Shown: positions 1 to 10,667, counted from the stretch's first letter. The stretch: 64,000 bases of DNA from Candidatus Acidiferrum sp. (GCA_049686315.1 JBAVHY010000158.1:2469-66468), one strand, 5' to 3'. The notes: generated by a model from the letters alone, not told the origin. Program-made: numbers and translations.

Positions 1-237
1 ATGTCGGCGGTCAGGGAACGTGCGATTTGTAGAAACGGAGGGAGTGCCGCGCTGCGGTCGACGTGGATCACCGGTTCCCACAAAATTCGCGGCATCACTT
101 TGATTCTATCAAGGCCGGAGATGACTGGTCTAACTGAAAATTACATTACGGCCCTTGTCACCTGGACCAGTATGCGGCAGCCTGACCAAATATGCGTAAT
201 AGCAAAGTATTCGTCTCACCACTCTAGCTAGGAAGGA

Positions 238-993
238 ATGACCATGAAGCATCGTTGCATCAGGATCGTTGGCGCAGTGCTTCTTGTCGGCACTGTGTTC
301 CCGACGCTCTTCATCGTTCAAACCGCTCGGACTACGCAAACGGAAAAGGCTCCCGGTCCCTACGCGCTCATCGGGATCATGCGCGCTCTCGATGAGAGTC
401 ATACCGTTGACTTGGAGGCCGGGTATATCCGCCACCTCGATTGGCACCGTCAAGTCAGGGATCCATTCAACTGGTACAGCTATTCAATCGTGGCATCCAC
501 TGAACGCCAGCGGTGCATCATTTACGCGACCTTCGGACACACCGCTGCTGAACTGAGCAATCCCGTATCACCGGCCGAAGACTGGCGAGACGCGACAATC
601 AACATTCTGCCGCATCTCCAATTCGTAGGGAGCACAGTATACGAGTTCCTGCCGGCGCTTTCGCGCGGCAGCGGTCTGCCCACTCCAACTACGCAGGCCG
701 AGTACACCACAGTGGAACTCAACTACGGTACGGGAAAGGCTTTCGAAGCCGCACTTGCTGCTGAGCAATCGAAGCTGCAAGGCGAGACACTCTGGTACCG
801 CATAGTCGCGGGAGGAAACGCGTCGCGCTACATCCGCCTTCGCCCGCGCGCAAGCCTGGCGGCCATTCTTGATGAGCGCGCTGATCAGGCTCTACCTGAC
901 AAAGTGAACGGCATGATCTCGAAGATGACCGTCGAGACCCTCAATCTGCGGCCGAACATGCTGGTGAATGTCACGCCCGAGCCTGCGCGCTAA
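238..993 (+). CDS. hypothetical exported protein
   Basis: 251-aa ORF. The ATG is preceded by GGAAGGA. The N-terminus has a hydrophobic signal-like segment (IRIVGAVLLVGTVFPTLFIV). No family recognised. Confidence 0.5.
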   Translation: MTMKHRCIRIVGAVLLVGTVFPTLFIVQTARTTQTEKAPGPYALIGIMRALDESHTVDLEAGYIRHLDWHRQVRDPFNWYSYSIVASTERQRCIIYATFGHTAAELSNPVSPAEDWRDATINILPHLQFVGSTVYEFLPALSRGSGLPTPTTQAEYTTVELNYGTGKAFEAALAAEQSKLQGETLWYRIVAGGNASRYIRLRPRASLAAILDERADQALPDKVNGMISKMTVETLNLRPNMLVNVTPEPAR

Positions 994-1071
994 GCGCCGG
1001 GGAGGACTTCAATGCCCCACGATCCACACGTATGCGTCGGTGGTGCTGAGTCGGTACTCCGTGAGACACCG

Positions 1072-3147
1072 ATGCCTGTCGAAGCCGAAGTTCGCGAAAT
1101 CCGCGGCGCGTGCCCACTCGATTGTCCGGACACGTGCAGTTGGATTGTGACCGTCAAGAACGGCGAAGCGGTTGCTCTTCGCGGCGATCCTGCCCATCCC
1201 TACACCAGCGGATCACTGTGCAACAAGGTCGAGAATTACTTGACCTATGTTCGCTCGCCCGATCGCGTGCTGTACCCCATGCGCCGCAGCGGACCGAAGG
1301 GAAGTGGCGAGTTCACACGGATTTCCTGGGACGAGGCCCTCAAGACGATCGCGGCGGAGCTCCATGGCGTGATCGCGAAGCATGGTGCCGAGGCTATTTG
1401 GCCCTATGCGGGCAGCGGCAACATGGGGCTGATCCATGGCATCTACGGCGCCGGAAAGCGGCTGTGGAACGTGCTCGGTGCGTCGCAATCTGTCTACACC
1501 ATGTGTACGATCGCAGGCGGATTCGGTACAGGTTACACGCTGGGCGACAATCGTGTAGGGATGGACCCGGAGACGTTCCGATTCTCGCGACTCGTTGTGC
1601 TTTGGGGTGCGAACGTACTGTCAACGCATCCCCATCTGTGGCGACCTATCCTGGAGGCGCGAAAGAACGGAGCGTCAATCGTCTGCATCGATCCGATTCG
1701 CACGCGTACCGCTGCAGCCAGTGATTGGCACCTCGCACCGATTCCCGGAACTGATGCCGCGCTCGCCCTCGGCCTGCTTCATGTCGTGCTGATGGAAGGT
1801 AAGGAGGACCGGCAATTCATCAGCGAAAACACTGTCGGCTGGGAGTCATTTCGCCGGCGGATTCGGGACTTTCCACCATCCCGCGCAGCTGCGATTACCG
1901 GGCTTCCGGCCGAATCGATCGTCGAACTGGGCAAGCGACTTGCCGAGACGCGGCCGACGGGCATTCGCGTCGGCATCGGCCTGCAACGTCACGGCGGCGG
2001 CGGGATGGCGGTGCGTACGATCACGTGCATTCCTGGCGTAACTGGTGACTGGAGGTACCCGGGCGGGGGCGTCTTCTACGATACACGCGGATTCTTTGGC
2101 GTGAACTGGGCCGCCCTGTCGCGCGATGATCTCAGGCCTCGGCAAACGCGCGTGCTGGACATGAAGCGCCTCGGCGACGGATTGCTCGAAATCGACAATC
2201 CACCAGTCAAAGCGCTATTCGTCTACGCCAGCAATCCCGCGGCGAGCGCCCCAAATCAGACCAAGGTCTTGCGCGGCCTCGCGCGGGACGATCTGTTTAC
2301 TGTCGTGGTCGAGCACTTTCTCACCGACACCGCTCGTTACGCGGACATCATATTGCCCGCTACGATGCAAATCGAGCACCGCGACATGCTGATCTCGTAC
2401 GGGCATCTATATCTCTCCTGGAACGAGCCAGCTGTGCTGGCTCCCGGCGAGTGCCTGTCTGCGACCGAGATGTTCCGGCGCCTGGCGCGAACGATGGGGC
2501 TCGATACAGCACCGCTGTATGACAGTGATGAGACGATCGCCCGGCAGCTTCTCGATAGCGGGCATCCGTCGTTGGCGGGCATCACATTTGAAGAGTTGAA
2601 GGCTCGCTGCTGGATGCGGCTGAACTATCCCGATCCCTTTGTGCCGTTCGCAACCGCCTTTCCGACTGCGTCCGGCAAGCTGGAATTCGTCTCCGATCGC
2701 ATGGCACAGTCGGGATTGGATCCAGTGGCGGGATACTCGCCTTCGCACGAGACGTCGCAGCGCGATACGGCCCTGGCCCGCGAATACCCACTCGCCCTCA
2801 TCACGCCCGCCGATCACTACCTCCTGAATTCGATCTTCGCCAACGTGCCAAGGCAGCGGCGGCGATCGGGAGTTGCAACGCTATTGATCCATCCCGACGA
2901 TGCCGCGCCCCGGCAAATTGCCCCTGGGGACGATGTGCGCATCACCAACGCTCGAGGCGTCTTCTTTGCCGTCGCCGACGTAAGCGATCGCGTTCGCCCT
3001 GGCGTGGTCGCCAGCACCAAAGGCCGCTGGCCGGGCTTTTCGAAAGAGGGTGCGACAATCAACGCTACTGTCGGCGAGCGCGACTCGGACATGGGCAGCG
3101 GCGCGGTCTATCATGACAACCGCGTGCGCGTCGACAAGGCGCTTTAA
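1072..3147 (+). CDS. molybdopterin (bis-MGD) oxidoreductase, MopB superfamily, cytoplasmic
   Basis: N-terminal 4Fe-4S motif CPLDCPDTCS...C. The MopB-like body is about 690 aa and has no signal or Tat motif. I prefer the ATG at 1072 (MPVEAEVREIRGACPLDC) over the upstream 1012 start. Substrate not assignable. Confidence 0.85.
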   Translation: MPVEAEVREIRGACPLDCPDTCSWIVTVKNGEAVALRGDPAHPYTSGSLCNKVENYLTYVRSPDRVLYPMRRSGPKGSGEFTRISWDEALKTIAAELHGVIAKHGAEAIWPYAGSGNMGLIHGIYGAGKRLWNVLGASQSVYTMCTIAGGFGTGYTLGDNRVGMDPETFRFSRLVVLWGANVLSTHPHLWRPILEARKNGASIVCIDPIRTRTAAASDWHLAPIPGTDAALALGLLHVVLMEGKEDRQFISENTVGWESFRRRIRDFPPSRAAAITGLPAESIVELGKRLAETRPTGIRVGIGLQRHGGGGMAVRTITCIPGVTGDWRYPGGGVFYDTRGFFGVNWAALSRDDLRPRQTRVLDMKRLGDGLLEIDNPPVKALFVYASNPAASAPNQTKVLRGLARDDLFTVVVEHFLTDTARYADIILPATMQIEHRDMLISYGHLYLSWNEPAVLAPGECLSATEMFRRLARTMGLDTAPLYDSDETIARQLLDSGHPSLAGITFEELKARCWMRLNYPDPFVPFATAFPTASGKLEFVSDRMAQSGLDPVAGYSPSHETSQRDTALAREYPLALITPADHYLLNSIFANVPRQRRRSGVATLLIHPDDAAPRQIAPGDDVRITNARGVFFAVADVSDRVRPGVVASTKGRWPGFSKEGATINATVGERDSDMGSGAVYHDNRVRVDKAL

Positions 3148-3334
3148 TCGGATGCGCACTTTCGTCCAGGATCGTTATCACGATCGCCCGTGGTTATGGA
3201 TTTTGCGGGTGCGCGTTTGGCGGAGAAGGGCCACATCGATTTGTCGGCACCGGGAAACTGTCGCGAAACGGGGTTCGGGACCGTCGGCTTCTGAATGAGT
3301 GACCATACTGAACGCGGCGCAGGAGGCCGCCACT

Positions 3335-4190
3335 ATGGGACGTCGGAAAAAGACAAGCAAACGCTCACGGGCGAAAACAATACTTCGGCTGCCCGACTTG
3401 GAACAGTCGAAGAATGCAGTTCTAAACTCGCACGCAGCAGCGAGTTCGCAAGAATCGTATGGGCATGCCATTGATGAATTCATCGGTTGGTACTGTTCCG
3501 AGCCGCGCTTGGCCTTTAACCGCAGTGTTGTCCTTCGTTATCGATTCTTTCTCGAACAGAAGAACCTGGTGCCTTCGACAATCAACGTGCGCCTAGCGGC
3601 CGTGAGACGACTCGCACACGAGGCGGCTGATACAGGCCTCCTGAGTCCCGAATTGGCAGCCGGAATCGGTCGCGTTAAAGGCGCAAAACGCTTAGGTGTT
3701 CGGATCGGAAACTGGCTGAGCGTCGAACAGTCCAGAACCTTGCTCGCAGAGTCGGGAGGAGATGGCCTGCGAGGTAAACGTGATCGCGCGATTCTAGCGT
3801 TGCTCATTGGGTGCGGCCTGCGACGCGCCGAACTGGTAGGACTCGGGCTAGATGATTTTCAGATCCGCGAGGAACACCGGGTGATCGCCGACCTGATTGG
3901 TAAAGGAAAGCACATCCGCACAGTTGCAGTTCCGGTATGGGCAAAGCGCGCCGTTGATGAGTGGATCGATGCAGCCAAGATAAGTACAGGTGCGCTCTTC
4001 CGGCGAATAGGCAGGTCCGCATGACTTGCGTCGCACCTGCGCACGACTATGCCACCTGGCTGGGGGCGAACTTGAACAGATTCAGTTCTTGCTTGGTCAC
4101 GCATCGGTTCAGACGACCGAGCATTATCTGGGATGCAAACAGAAACTACGACAGGCGGTGAATGATAATCTGGGACTGGAAGACGTCTGA
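3335..4190 (+). pseudogene. tyrosine recombinase / phage-type integrase, disrupted by an internal deletion and frameshift
   Basis: AGGAGG lies 8 nt before the ATG at 3335. The N-terminal SAM-like domain and the box I region (GCGLRRAEL) run in one frame to a TGA at 4022-4024. The box II region and catalytic Tyr (HDLRRTCARLCHLAGGELEQIQFLLGHASVQTTEHYLGCKQ) continue in another frame from 4020 to a TGA at 4188-4190. About 30 aa normally found between ...GALFRRI and HDLRR are missing. Confidence 0.7.
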
Positions 4191-5020
4191 CGGATAACCT
4201 ACAGCCCCGAAGCGGACTGGCCCGTGGCAGCCGCTCAAGGCCATCCGGATGGTTGGTTCTCCTGACCTGCAGATTCTATATTAAGTTCCACGTCACTCTC
4301 GTGTGCGATCTTCGGAAGTCCCGTGAGTTTGTGAAGACACGCTGCTCCATGTTGCGGAAACGTTTCGCCTGTTCGGTGTACTATTCCTTGGAAACCGAAT
4401 TCCAGGCGGGGCGAGATCTTTTCGATGACACGTCAAGGGGAATCAGTGCAGCTGGATTTGGCCACACCCAAACCGTGGCGCCGCTGGATTCCCTCGTGGT
4501 TACGATCGCTGATTTGGGCGGACTTCGCGAATAAATATGACGCCTTTCTCTGACGGAACCGTTCAAGTCTACGCGATGGAACGCCACCAACTGATGGAAC
4601 TTGCTCGACAGCGCGTCCACAATCTTAATCTTACTCCGGGCGAATGCAAACTGTACTTCCAGTCTGAGGCCTGCCCACCTTTGCCCTGAGGGCCGCTTGG
4701 CCTAAATGGGTCGGCGTTTCGGTCTGCGATCTCGTACCAGTCCCTCGAAACGAAGTTCGGGGAAAAGCGTGGGGAGGTCCGCGAACCGGACTTCTTAGTT
4801 CGAAATAGCTTCCGAAGTGATCCAAGCAAATTGACATCGTCGACGTGCTGATCGCGGAAGGACCAGGTCGGAGCCTACTGACCGATGATGTTCGGGCTTT
4901 TATGGTTGGTTTGGATGCTCACGGTGTGAATTCACGAGTTCCATGTGAGCCTTGCGGAACATGTTTTCCATGAGCCAGAATCTCGACCGAAAATCATAGC
5001 CCTATATGTAATTGCGCGTC

Positions 5021-8000
5021 TTATTCTGTCTTCATGGTCCTGGCCGCCTGAAATTGCCCGAGCACGCGCACCGTTACGATCTGGTGTGGCCGCAGTGCAA
5101 CCTCCACCGACGAATTCTTGACCGGAAGCTCCTTTGAATCCTCTTCCATGGCATTGCACAGCCACGCTCGTTGAAGCTGCAACATGGGGAATCGGAGCAT
5201 TGTGGTGCTTTCTTTTCCACCGGTTTCGAGCAGACGCAGCACTGTCCCGTTACCATCGTCGGCCGCTTTCCAGGCCTCGACGACCACATTTGGTGCATCC
5301 ACCTGCAAGAAGCTGAGTGGCACAGGCGCCAGGGGCCGGTCTGGATTTCCGACCTTATCCTGATCGATCACCTGATCCGTTTCCAGCGGTGTCATCGCCG
5401 CTCGGCCGAACCGCGTGAGACTTTCGGGTGCCAGTGTTGCGCCGCTGGTCATCACGTAGCGAAACGTGGCTTCGCCGCCTTGCTCGGCACGATAGTTCGT
5501 GTGCCAGTAATTGTTCATCACATAGGAAAAGATCGTCGCACTCTTAGCAGAGAACGCCTCCGGCCAGACGCCCCGGTTGATGTCGCCCAGCGTAACGAGC
5601 GGCGCATCCACAGGAGCTATCGCCACCTCCGCATCGCCGGCCGAAGCCTTCACCCAGTGGCCGACGCTGAACCATTCGAGGCCCGCACCCTTCAGCATGT
5701 TCTTGCTCGGATCCACCCAGCCGTTCTGGATTTCGTAGCTGAAAGATGGCTCGGCCGAGGCCACCGGAAACGCAAAATAGACCGCTTCTTTGTCGCGAAT
5801 GGACTCCTTCGTGACATGATTCACGAACTCGATTTGTTTCTCAGCATCATACAGAAGAATCTCGCTCTGCACCGATGGCGTGTGCACTCCCTTCGACTCG
5901 ACCTCGAGGATTTGCCCAAACGGAGTCTTCCTGAACCCGACAAGTCGTCCGTCGCGGGATGGCGAAACTTTCAATTCCGCAAATGGCAGTGACTTGCGCA
6001 TGTAAACAATCTGCGTTGGCGCCTTTCCTCCGCCTTCGACGTATACGTACTGATTGAAGCGGTAAGGGCTTGCTGTATCCACCAACTCACGGTTGAGCTG
6101 TTTGTCGAGGATGCTCTTCACCGCGCCTGTCGCGGCGTCCACTTGCACGCGGTAAAAGGAATTTTCAATGGTATCGGTTGTTTCTGCCTGCCGTTCCTTT
6201 ACAGCCGCAACGCTTCCACCTTCCTCCTTGTGTTCCTGAAGGGAATAACATTTGAAGCCCATTGCCGGGACGTCTGTCGCTAGAAACCGCACGTGCCTGT
6301 AACCCGGCCCTTCGCTCAGAACTTCAAACGGCACCGGCGTCTTTCCGGGATATTCCGCAACAATGGTGTCGCGGTTCAGATCCAGTTCCGCAAGCCCACT
6401 GCGCTGCCAGCTCAGCGAATTGAAAACCATGAGCGAGCCGGCCGGCATGTGAATCTGGTTTGCAATCTGGCTGAGCGACTGCTGCGCCAGTGAACTGACG
6501 GCCTGGCGGCTCTCCGCGACGTACTGATCCTTTGTTGCCAACTGCCCGACAGACTCTTCGCTATTCGGGCGGTACACAGAATCCCACGAATCCCAGGTGT
6601 GTTCCGCGTAGAGCATGAGATTCATCCAAATGCGGTCGAGGAGTTGCCGCGGGACGGCCAGGGTCGGATTTAGGTAGCGCGAAATCGTCGACAGTTCTTC
6701 GGCGGAAATCGCCCGCGTCTGGCTGTTTCGGTCGATCGCTGTGTTCTTTGCATCCGAACCTGCCCCGTCCTCCCAGTACGGACCGCCGTCGCCGGAAGCG
6801 GTCGCTAGTTGGGAGCCATATTTCTGCTCGACATAACGAAAATAGTCTGGAAAGGAGGTGAGAATGAATTTCGGATACGCGTACGTGGTGTTCCACTTGG
6901 CAACAAATTCCGGTTCGCTCAACCGAGCGTCCGTGTTCTCCAATTGACTGCCGAACATTAATACGGCATCCGGCTTGTACTCTGGCGCGGAGAATTGTTG
7001 CAAATAAGCCGGAAGCCCCTGGCGGCAATTGCCCACATCCGGCGGCAAATCGCATACGAACCAAAGCTGCGAATACTGCCGAGTATTGGCCATCAGGATT
7101 CTCGAGCCGTCCGGGCCTTCCCGCCAGAATGGTGACTTTTCATTCCATTTCCCGTACAACACAATCGGGCCACGGTCGCTATTCGTAGCCTCCGCGAAAT
7201 ACCGAATGCCCGCGGCATTCAGTACGGAGGGATACGACCAAGTCACGCTCGGGACATCCGTGATATTCGCGTAGTCAAAAGGAACACCTTCAGTACGGTG
7301 CAGCGTGTGCGCGTATGACAGCGAACGAATCAGTTCCTCCAGGCTTGCATAGCCGGTCAGCAGGTTCGAGTACTGTGCTGGAACGCTGACCTTGCCTTCG
7401 TGAATGTACTGCAGCAGTCGTTTCCTTGCTGCCTCGTTGCGCGTCGCAAAATAGTTTTGCGCCACCCACGAACCGTCCAGACTGAATCGCATCTCGGGAT
7501 GCGTCGGCAAGAAATCCAACAGCTTGTCGATGTTGCGGTTCTGCAATTCCGCAACCTTCGCCTGGTAGTCGGTGTAGCCGATGTCGAGGTGGGCGTGCGG
7601 CACGAAATAGACTAACCATTTCCGCTCCGGGCCGACCTTAGCGCTTGATCGATATGTTTTGCCGCCGGTGTTAATTGCCACGTCCGCCATGACCTGCCCC
7701 GAGAATTCCGGCACGTCGAAATCAATTCGCTCCTGTCCAAAATCGTTTACGCCCGCCAGCACGGCGTGAAAGTGTTTTCCTCCCAGCGACAGGTCTACAG
7801 AGCCCGGCTCGAGCTTATCAGCACCGGCAATGGTCACCCGGGTTACCTCGTACGTCTGGTTTTCTTTTTGCCGGAAAAACACGCTAGGCTTCACCGCAGC
7901 CGACGGCTGGACTCTCCCGCTGAGACGTTGCGTCAGTTTCAATGCGTCATAAATCAACGAGGCGCGAGTGCCCAGGTTATCCGCATCTTCGACGGCCGTC

Positions 8001-8521
8001 AGAACCAGTTTGTTTTCCCTGGCTTTGAAAAACTTCGCGGGTAAGTCGATTTCCAGCGTATCTCCCCCATAAATTGGCGAGTCGATGCGATCATCGCCCG
8101 GGTAGTAGCTGATCTTACGGTCGAAATAAAAACGTCCCTTGTGGCCGTTCAACTCAATCATCAGGTCCGGGACGCTCGGATTCACAAGGAAGACGGAAAT
8201 GGTGAGCCGGTATCTTCCCGATGGCGGTTCCGGCAACGAAAAAAGAATCGTGTACGGCGTCGGGTGTTTGCCATTCACCCATGTGGTTTGCCACGCCGGC
8301 CAATCGGCGTTCTTACTCTGGCCAACCGTGAATACCGGTTTCAGCGTTTCGCTTTCCAGATCGAAATTGTGGCCGAACTCGCGCGAGGTTTGATCAAACT
8401 CTCCCATCTGCCAGACAAGAACATTCTTCGCGGTCACCTGAGCCGCAGCGCTGTACGCGAACAACCCCAGCGGAAAGACCGCGCTGATTGACAGACGGCA
8501 CACCCAGTTCCGAGTTGTCAT
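5021..8521 (-). CDS. glycoside hydrolase family 38 (alpha-mannosidase-like), exported, with a long N-terminal extension
   Basis: 1166-aa ORF with a signal peptide (SISAVFPLGLFAYSAAAQ). The GH38 N-terminal catalytic signature VYFVPHAHLDIGYTDYQ sits near residue 305, followed by a long GH38-type central and C-terminal body. Confidence 0.85.
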   Translation of the reverse strand: MTTRNWVCRLSISAVFPLGLFAYSAAAQVTAKNVLVWQMGEFDQTSREFGHNFDLESETLKPVFTVGQSKNADWPAWQTTWVNGKHPTPYTILFSLPEPPSGRYRLTISVFLVNPSVPDLMIELNGHKGRFYFDRKISYYPGDDRIDSPIYGGDTLEIDLPAKFFKARENKLVLTAVEDADNLGTRASLIYDALKLTQRLSGRVQPSAAVKPSVFFRQKENQTYEVTRVTIAGADKLEPGSVDLSLGGKHFHAVLAGVNDFGQERIDFDVPEFSGQVMADVAINTGGKTYRSSAKVGPERKWLVYFVPHAHLDIGYTDYQAKVAELQNRNIDKLLDFLPTHPEMRFSLDGSWVAQNYFATRNEAARKRLLQYIHEGKVSVPAQYSNLLTGYASLEELIRSLSYAHTLHRTEGVPFDYANITDVPSVTWSYPSVLNAAGIRYFAEATNSDRGPIVLYGKWNEKSPFWREGPDGSRILMANTRQYSQLWFVCDLPPDVGNCRQGLPAYLQQFSAPEYKPDAVLMFGSQLENTDARLSEPEFVAKWNTTYAYPKFILTSFPDYFRYVEQKYGSQLATASGDGGPYWEDGAGSDAKNTAIDRNSQTRAISAEELSTISRYLNPTLAVPRQLLDRIWMNLMLYAEHTWDSWDSVYRPNSEESVGQLATKDQYVAESRQAVSSLAQQSLSQIANQIHMPAGSLMVFNSLSWQRSGLAELDLNRDTIVAEYPGKTPVPFEVLSEGPGYRHVRFLATDVPAMGFKCYSLQEHKEEGGSVAAVKERQAETTDTIENSFYRVQVDAATGAVKSILDKQLNRELVDTASPYRFNQYVYVEGGGKAPTQIVYMRKSLPFAELKVSPSRDGRLVGFRKTPFGQILEVESKGVHTPSVQSEILLYDAEKQIEFVNHVTKESIRDKEAVYFAFPVASAEPSFSYEIQNGWVDPSKNMLKGAGLEWFSVGHWVKASAGDAEVAIAPVDAPLVTLGDINRGVWPEAFSAKSATIFSYVMNNYWHTNYRAEQGGEATFRYVMTSGATLAPESLTRFGRAAMTPLETDQVIDQDKVGNPDRPLAPVPLSFLQVDAPNVVVEAWKAADDGNGTVLRLLETGGKESTTMLRFPMLQLQRAWLCNAMEEDSKELPVKNSSVEVALRPHQIVTVRVLGQFQAARTMKTE

Positions 8522-8857
8522 GTTCTCATCCTGCGGAGTCGTTAACAGTCTCGCTCAATCTTGCCCAACTCTGCAAGACCACGGGAAGATCAGTGGCGAG
8601 GTCCGCGCAGACTTCTGGACCAGAACAAGCTGACCTTCGGCTGCCCGACTTGGAACGCCATCTTTGAAGCCCGGCGATGCTGGCAGTATTGTTCTCCGTG
8701 CTCGTCCCGCTGTCATTTCCTCAGGTGTAGGCGTTGAGTCCGTGGCTGAATTGCTCGAGTAACAAGAATTCCGCGGCCTGCCCATCGCCAATGACGGCCG
8801 CGCATTGACATCCCCTCTTGCGCTGAATACGCTTCTGAGTCTCACCTTGGAGTCATC

Positions 8858-10480
8858 ATGAAAGCCGCAAAATGCGCTCTTCTCACTGTCATCAGCACTT
8901 TGTCGCTCGCACCAGATTTGTTCTACGCCCAGGAGCCGCAGCGCCATCACGACGCCGATGAAAAACTCGGCACGGCCTCCTTCCCTACCTCCTGCGCTCC
9001 CGCAGTGCAACCCAAATTCGAGCGCGGCATGGTCCTTCTGTACTCCTTCGAGTACGAAGTAGCCGACGCGCAATTCGAGGAAGTCGCCAAAAAAGATCCG
9101 CGATGCGCAATGGCTTACTGGGGACAAGCAATGACTCTTTACCACGAACTCTGGAATCGCCCCAGCAAAGCCGACCTTTCCCAAGGCGCCGAACTCCTCG
9201 CAAAAGCCCGCTCGCTGAAGCCGCCGACCGCCCGAGAACGCGACTACGTCATGGCGCTCTCGGTCTTTTACTCGGACACCGATGAAGTCGACCACAATCA
9301 GCGCGCCGATGCTTACGCCAAAGCCATGCAAGGTGTCCACGAACGCAATCCCAACGACAACGAAGCCGCCATCTTCTACGCGCTTTCGCTTCTCGCCTCA
9401 GGTCCCGACCGCGACCCCAATCTCACCAACGCCAAAACCGCCGTTGCCATTCTCAACAAGCTCTACGACCAGCAACCAGATCATCCGGGCATCGCGCATT
9501 ACATCATCCACGGTTGCGACAATCCGGCAATGGCCAGTCTCGCGCTTCCCGCCGCGCGCAAATACGCGAGCATCGCGCCGTCTTCGCCTCACGCCGTGCA
9601 CATGCCTTCGCACATCTTCGCGCGCCTGGGATTTTGGCGGGACGACATTAACTCCAACCTCGCCGCCATTAGCGCCGCCGACAGCATGGCCGCGCATCAT
9701 CACGTGATGCACCACAAAGTGCACTCTATGGACTTCCTCGAATATGCGTACATACAGATCGGCGACAACGCCAGCGCCAAGGCGACCATCGAGCAGATTG
9801 CAGCGATTCGCCCCGAACAAATGGATCCCGAATTTGAGAATTATTTGCTGGTGCGCCAGGCGGAAGGGCCCGCCAAGTACGCTCTCGAGCGCCGCCAGTG
9901 GAAAGAAACCCTAGGCCTGCAACCCAACGCTGGCGCACCGCCTGACGTTCAGTTGGTCACCTACTGGGGGCGCGCAGTTGCCGCTGGCCATCTTCACGAC
10001 GCAATCGCCGCGCAAGACGCACTGAAGCACTACGATGAACTGCTCGAAGCCACGCGCAAAGGCCCTCGGCCCTACATCGCCGACGGCCTGAAGAACGAAC
10101 ACCAACTTATTCAAGCCTGGGCCGCTTACGCCGCGGGCAACGCCGACGATGCGGTTCGGCTGTTGCGCGCCGTTGCCGACGACCAGGACAAAGTCGGCAA
10201 AGCCGAAACCGAACTGCCCGCCCGCGAAATGCTTGCTGACATGTTACTTGACCTCAAGCGTGCGCAAGAAGCGCTGACCGAATACGAAATTTCCCTGCGG
10301 ACCGACCCCAATCGTTTCAACGGCCTGTACGGCGCGGCACAGGCCGCCATGGAGTTCCAGCAAAAAGAGAAAGCGGCTACCTACTACACCCAGTTGCTGA
10401 AGAATTGCGAAGGCATCCACTCCGATCGCCCCGAGCTAGCCCAAGCCAAAACCTTGCTGGCCTCTGCGGGCGGTATGTAG
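8858..10480 (+). CDS. exported helical-repeat (TPR-like) protein of unknown function
   Basis: 540 aa with a signal peptide (ALLTVISTLSLAPDLFYAQ). Conserved-looking block HPGIAHYIIHGCDNPAMA...HAVHMPSHIFARLGFW. C-terminal TPR-like helices. Confidence 0.6.
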   Translation: MKAAKCALLTVISTLSLAPDLFYAQEPQRHHDADEKLGTASFPTSCAPAVQPKFERGMVLLYSFEYEVADAQFEEVAKKDPRCAMAYWGQAMTLYHELWNRPSKADLSQGAELLAKARSLKPPTARERDYVMALSVFYSDTDEVDHNQRADAYAKAMQGVHERNPNDNEAAIFYALSLLASGPDRDPNLTNAKTAVAILNKLYDQQPDHPGIAHYIIHGCDNPAMASLALPAARKYASIAPSSPHAVHMPSHIFARLGFWRDDINSNLAAISAADSMAAHHHVMHHKVHSMDFLEYAYIQIGDNASAKATIEQIAAIRPEQMDPEFENYLLVRQAEGPAKYALERRQWKETLGLQPNAGAPPDVQLVTYWGRAVAAGHLHDAIAAQDALKHYDELLEATRKGPRPYIADGLKNEHQLIQAWAAYAAGNADDAVRLLRAVADDQDKVGKAETELPAREMLADMLLDLKRAQEALTEYEISLRTDPNRFNGLYGAAQAAMEFQQKEKAATYYTQLLKNCEGIHSDRPELAQAKTLLASAGGM

Positions 10481-10667
10481 GCGCGGGGCTTTCAGGTCCG
10501 ATATAGATCCAACAGATGTTGAGCAAGACCGAGAGGCTGCGTAACTAGCAGCACTTACTGCGAGTTCCGCTACCGCGCGATTTGTCGCGTACTCGGAAAA
10601 GCGGCGGTTACGGGCCAGAAACGGCGTTCGAGGAAACCGATGCGGTCTTCCCGAACCGAACCATCCA

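Noticed and set aside
1072-3147. Naming the MopB enzyme as nitrate reductase or formate dehydrogenase.
   Set aside because: There are no diagnostic partner genes. There is no in-frame TGA/Sec or other subfamily signature that I can verify by eye.
5171-5992. A long plus-strand ORF (273 aa) antisense to the GH38 gene. Similar cases are 8555-9340, 17454-18200, 35923-36804, 51146-52057 and 55531-56160.
   Set aside because: These are typical shadow ORFs of high-GC DNA. Their products are Arg/Pro/His-rich and low-complexity with no motifs. Each lies fully inside a well-supported gene on the other strand.
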